From NCBI GenBank assembly GCA_963813715.1, contig CAWFAK010000005.1, positions 896,001-960,000 on the forward strand: a DNA stretch of 64,000 nt, read 5' to 3'. Positions 59,079 through 64,000 of this stretch are shown here, piece by piece; the first letter of the stretch is position 1; each line of letters opens with the position of its first letter. Below the pieces are notes generated by a model. It worked only from the letters and a program-made list of their open reading frames with translations, made no database searches and had not been told where the DNA came from. Source of the stretch: an uncultured Planctomycetaceae bacterium (lineage in GTDB: Bacteria > Planctomycetota > Planctomycetia > Planctomycetales > Planctomycetaceae). The position numbers were made by a program, and so were the translations under genes.

Positions 59079-62000
59079 GTGACACATCGACACCTCAGGA
59101 TTCTGTGTGCGGTCGGCCTCGCTTGCCTGGCGTCGCTGTCGGCTGCGGCGCAGGATCGCCCCGTCACACCTAACAGGTCGTCCGCCGAGCGAGTTTCCGC
59201 CGAACGCGAAACAGCTACCGCCGCGGATCAGTCGGCCGCCCAGCCAGGGAATCCTGCACGGCCAACCAGCGAGTCGCCGGCTTTGAAGCGAACGCGGCGG
59301 GTGCCGGCATTCCCCTGGTTGGCGCCGCGACAAACCGATGACGCCGCGCCTCCCGCCACGGAAAGCACCACTCCGCTGGCTCCGCGTCCCGGCGACCTGA
59401 TCCGTCTGGGGACGAAAGACGGCCAGGTCGAGTGGGCCATCTGGGGCGAAACCTTCGACAAGTTTCTCGAATTCCTTCGCTCGCAAAACGGTGCCGGTCG
59501 CTCGGATCCTAACTACAGCATTAGCTCGATTTCGATCAAAGGCACGGAAGAAGGCGACTGGGCGAAGCTCGACGTTCGCTATGAGATCCAAGTCGACCGG
59601 CCGGATATCACCGTCGGTGTGCCGATCGGCTTGCAGGAGGGGGCGGGCAGCTCGGCTCCCGAACACAGCGGGCCGGGTGAGTTTCGCGCGGCCGATGCGC
59701 TCAACCGGCAGAAGGCGCACACGATTTACTTGCGCGGCAAGGGGCTGCACATCGTGACGATTCCGCTCGTTGTGCCGATCCGCCGTCAGCTCAATCAACG
59801 TCATCTGCAGTTGACGATCCCGCCGTCAGCCGGCAGCCAGATCACGCTGACTGTGCCGAAGGAACACTGCCAGGTCAAACCGCTCGACGACGCGCCCGTT
59901 CGCGCGATCAGCGTTCCCAAGGGCACGCAGATCGAAGCCGTCGGCATCAAGGGGACCTTCGATCTCGCGTGGGAGAGCCCGCTCGACGAGGCGCACGCGC
60001 GGACGGTGTTCGACGTCTTCAGCAAGTGCAGCGTGGCCATGGACCGTGATCGCATTCAATTGGGCGTGCTGCAGACGATCGACGCCAAGCAGGGCAACCT
60101 CGCGTCGGTCCGCGTGCGCGTGCCCCGCAGCTTTCCCCGTATCACGGGGCAGCAGCTCTACGTCTCGGAAGCGCGCAAATACGGCCCCGCCGACATCGAT
60201 GCCAACGGGTTCATCAAAGTTGACCTCAAGCCGGCGGGCACGGGCCGCCTCGAGCTGCGCTGGGATCTCGAAGGTCCGCCGCCGCCTAGCGGCCTGCTCG
60301 CGCTCTTGGGCTTCGAGGTCGAAGGCGCGCGTTCGGACGGCGGCGACATTTCCATCACGCCGACCGAAGGTTTTCATTTCGACTACCGCGGCGGCAACAA
60401 CATTCGGCGGATCAATGTGTCGGCGTTGGGGGCCGGCTTGGCCGAAAGCGCGTACGCCTTTTCGCAGCCCTTCCGTCTGGACCTGGCGATCGAGGAGATC
60501 CGCCCGCAGTTCTCCGTGGAACCGGCGTACTTCGCCTTGCTGTCGCAGGGACGCATCGAGCTGACATCGCAGCTGCGGATTCATGTGCGACAAGGCGCGC
60601 TCCGCGAGCTGAAGTTCACGTGGCCCGATTGGAAGAAGCAGGGTTGGACGATCGACCAGTTGCCTGACTTCGCCGATCTGGCCGAACCGGAAAAACCAGT
60701 CGGCGAACATCCGGCTGCGGCGGCAGCGCACGACGACTCGACGCTGGGGCTGCGGCTGAACGGTCGCCGCGGTGACGATTTCGTTGTCACGTTTCGGGCC
60801 TCGCGTCCGGCGCCGACGTCCGGCACGACGGTCCCGCTCTCGCTGCCGCAGCTGGCCGGCTCGACGATGACCGGCGGCGTGCTGGTGGCCGCCGACGCCG
60901 AGAACGTCAAATCGAATCTCGAGCCGCGAGCGGAAACGGCGGTGCGATCGATCGCGCCGAACGGCGCGACGCGCTGGGTGCCCCCGATTCGTTCCGCGGT
61001 CTGCGGCAGGTGGCACTGCGGATCGATTCGCCGAAGGCGGACTTCGACGCGACAGTGACGACGCAGCAGCAGAAGATCGATACCGAGTCGCGTGCCAAGA
61101 TCGAAGTGCGAGCCGGCCGCCTGCAGGTGGAGCAGAGGATTCAATACCGCGTCAGCTACGAGCGCCTCTCCGAGGCGACGCTGGTGCTGCCCAAGGAGCT
61201 GCGGCGTGCCAGCGTCCAGTTCACCGTCGACCGGCCCGATCTCGAAGCCAAGATCGATCCGAGTTGGACGACGGGCGAACCCAGCGGTTCGGACATCGCG
61301 CGGATTCCGCTCTCCCCGCAGCCGCGGATCGGTACTTTCGAGTTGTACGCCCATTACTCGGTCCACTTGCCCGAGTCGCCCAGTCAGGCGGTCGAAGTAC
61401 CGATCCCACTGGTGCGCTCGCGGGACAGCGCGTTCAAAACATTGCGAGTCGAATTGCACGCTCCGGACGACAGCGAGTTCGAGGTGGTGGACGATTCGTG
61501 GATTCCTTCGCTCGCGATCGACAAAGGCAGCACCTACGCCTGGACGGCCAAAGGCGAACAGTCGGTGCTGCCGTTGCGGCTCGTGCGAGTGACGGCTCTG
61601 GCGTCCCCCGGCGTGAAGATCGGCCGGGCCCTCGTTCGCTCGACGCTCGATCCGACCGGCACGGCCCTCACCACCGCCCAGTACCGCATCCAAGGTCCCG
61701 TCTCGCGGATTGCCCTCACGTTGCCGGCCGGCTCGACCGAACCGAAGTTCTGGCTCGACCGGCTGCCACTCAAGCCCGAGCGGATTCGCGAAGCGCGGCC
61801 GAACAGCGGGGAGTATCTGCTCGACATCGGCGCGTTATCGCCCGAGCCGGAACCCGTGCTCACCGTGCAATTCGGAGATCCGAACGCGCAGTCGTGCGAT
61901 CTGATCGGCAGCCATACGCTGGGCGCCCCGGCCTTTCCGGACAACACGTCGGTCGAGTCGACGGTTTGGGAAGTCACATTGCCGTTCGAGCAATATCTCT

Positions 62001-62618
62001 ATTCGGCGCCCCGCGGGTTCACCCCTGAATTCCGCTGGCAGCGCGACGGCGCGGTGTGGGACCGACGCCCGACTCCGAAAGCTGCCGACCTCAGCCGCTG
62101 GCTGGTCGGTGCCGCACGGGCCACGGCGGACGACGGCAATACTTACGCGTTCAGCCGCTTTGGTCCCGCGCAGACAATCGTCGTCGGCTCGATGGCCGGC
62201 TCGTTCGTCGTTTTTGTCGGAGCGGGACTTGCGCTCTTGGCCGCGTTCGTGTTGTTGCGGCTGCGGGCTGCGCGAAGCCTGCTGACCCTGTTTCTCTTCA
62301 CGTTTGCGGTTGCCGTCTGCTGCCTGTGGTACGCCGAAGCGGTCCGCTTGCTCCTGCAGCCCGCGTTGATCGGTTTTCTTCTGGCGTGCGTCGCGGCGGT
62401 CATCGACGCGCGGATGCAAAAGCGCCGCGGCCGATTGCTGCTCGAACCGCCGGGCGCGGCGGAGTTCGTCACCACCGCGACTTCGCCGTCGTCGATCGAG
62501 CGGCATCTCGTTCCCGCCGCCGACCCCGAGGCGCCCACCATCAATCGGCTCTCCGCCCAGAGACGGCTCTCACGGCTCGCAGGCGCTCTCCGCCTCGGCG
62601 AGCGGGAGCCGCCCATGA
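59079..62618 (+). CDS. Large exported/membrane-anchored hypothetical protein; frameshifts near 60990 and 62550
   Basis: Signal peptide RHLRILCAVGLACLASLSAAAQ, long beta-rich region (ORFs 58818..61058 and 61010..63148), three C-terminal TMs; probable TGA overlapping the next ATG. Confidence 0.72.
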
Positions 62619-64000
62619 CCGGCGACGGCCATGACGGCAAGCGGCGTGTGCTTCACTCGGCGCGACAGCTCGTGGCGAATTTGACGCACGGACGAGCGAT
62701 CGTCTTGGCAAGCGCGCTGGCCCTTTCGCTGATGGCCCGTGATTCCACGCACGGCGATTCGACGCCGGCCTCCGATACGCCGCCCAAGCCGCGGCTGTTG
62801 TTTGTCGACGCCGACCATCCGTCGACGTGGCCTCAGGCCTTGGAGCCAATTCCGGCCGGCGAGCTGCGTCAATTGCTGGCGGCGGACAAAGATTCGGGTC
62901 GCGAACCGACCGGCGTTCAAATCGAGCAAGCCCTCTATCGCGCGACGTTTCGTGACGGAGGCGCTCACCCAAGGCCACGCCGAAATCACGGTCGGGCGGG
63001 GAGCTCGTCCGACGCTTGTGCCGCTCGAGCGTTCCGGCACCGACGCGGCGCATCCGATCGATTTTTCGCAACTCCACTGGGTCGACGCTGCGGCCAAAAA
63101 AACTGCGTCACCCGCCGGAGATGCGGTCCTCTGCGGCGTGGACCGTAACGGGCGCCGTGTTGTCGTGGCCGAGTTGGGCCATTCGCGGCTCGCCGGTGAG
63201 TGGTTGCTCGCCGGCCGGCCGACCTTGGGAGGGGCCGAATTCACGATTAGTCTGCCCCCGGCGGTCATCTCACAATTGGTGTTGAACGTTCCGGCCGGGC
63301 TCTCGGTCGAATGCGACCAGGGCGTCCTCATTTGTCCGCGCAAAGATGTAAAGTCGGTCGATGGCTCTGTCGCCGGCGCACCGGCCGTTTGGCGGCTCGA
63401 ATTGGGCAGCCGCTCGAGCTGCCGTTTGCGGATCGTATCGAAAGCCGCCGCGGCCAGCCGTCGCGTGTTCTACGACGAAGACACCACGCTCGTCCTGGCA
63501 GCCGACCGCTTGCGGCTGCAGTCGAAGCTGCAGTTGGACGTGTTCGGCGCGCCGCTGCGGACGCTGAAATTGGCTGTCCCCGCCGGGCTGCGCGTGGAAA
63601 CAATTACTTACGGGGACGACTTTCCGCTGGCTGTTCCCGCCAATTCGCCCGATGAAGCCCGGGAGCTTACGCTGGAGTTGCCCGAGCCCGTCCTCGGCAA
63701 GGGGCGAACGATCTCAGTGGAGGCTTCGGCCCCGACGCGCACACGACAGCTGTGGAACTTGCCGCAAGTCGAAGTGCCCGGCGCCGTGCTGCGCGACGGA
63801 CAGTCGCAACTCACCATCCGGGCACCGCTCAAACTCGTGCGCTTCGGTGGCGAGTCCGGGCTCGCGCAGTCCGAGGCTCCCACTTATTCGATCGACGGCG
63901 AAGAAACGTTTCTCTTGCGTCAGAACGCCTACGATCCCGCGCTGGCGATTGAGGTCGCCGAGCCAGCGCCCGCGCTGAGTGCGCGGACGTTCGCCCGGCT
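62615..64000 (+). CDS. Second large exported hypothetical protein, truncated by the window end; frameshifted
   Basis: MTGDGHDGKRR..AIVLASALALSLMA signal-like segment, IEQALYRATF; coding-like sequence continues to 64000. Confidence 0.6.

Overview
GC-rich bacterial chromosomal segment, very likely a planctomycete (PVC-type heme-binding CxxCH protein, DUF1559 prepilin, large Ser/Thr kinase and giant conserved hypotheticals). Many genes are broken by single-base indels, most simply explained as long-read consensus errors, so several CDS are reconstructed from two or more ORF-track fragments and their boundaries are approximate. Positions 1-35.4 kb hold housekeeping and envelope genes: enoyl-CoA hydratase, CopA-type ATPase, ScpB, a SAM methyltransferase, an EF-hand protein, a trypsin-like protease, c-type cytochromes, a thioredoxin-NHL protein, an orphan DNA methyltransferase, an ABC-2 exporter, GlnE with inserted ACT domains, a Gfo/Idh/MocA oxidoreductase, a TIM-barrel epimerase, an S41 protease, a beta-propeller protein and a Ser/Thr kinase. 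Positions 35.8-57.5 kb on the minus strand hold a type IV filament locus: pilB, pilT, a second pilB, pilC, five prepilin-type genes, a ~2000-aa PilX/GspK-like protein and a DUF1559 prepilin. The most striking observation is a ~55-75 aa Trp-anchored module resembling CBM5/12 (chitin-binding type 3) domains. It occurs seven times across five consecutive minor-pilin/tip genes, suggesting a pilus tip decorated with multivalent putative glycan-binding modules. The window ends with an inositol monophosphatase and two large exported or membrane hypotheticals. No rRNA, tRNA, CRISPR array, transposase or integrase was recognised.
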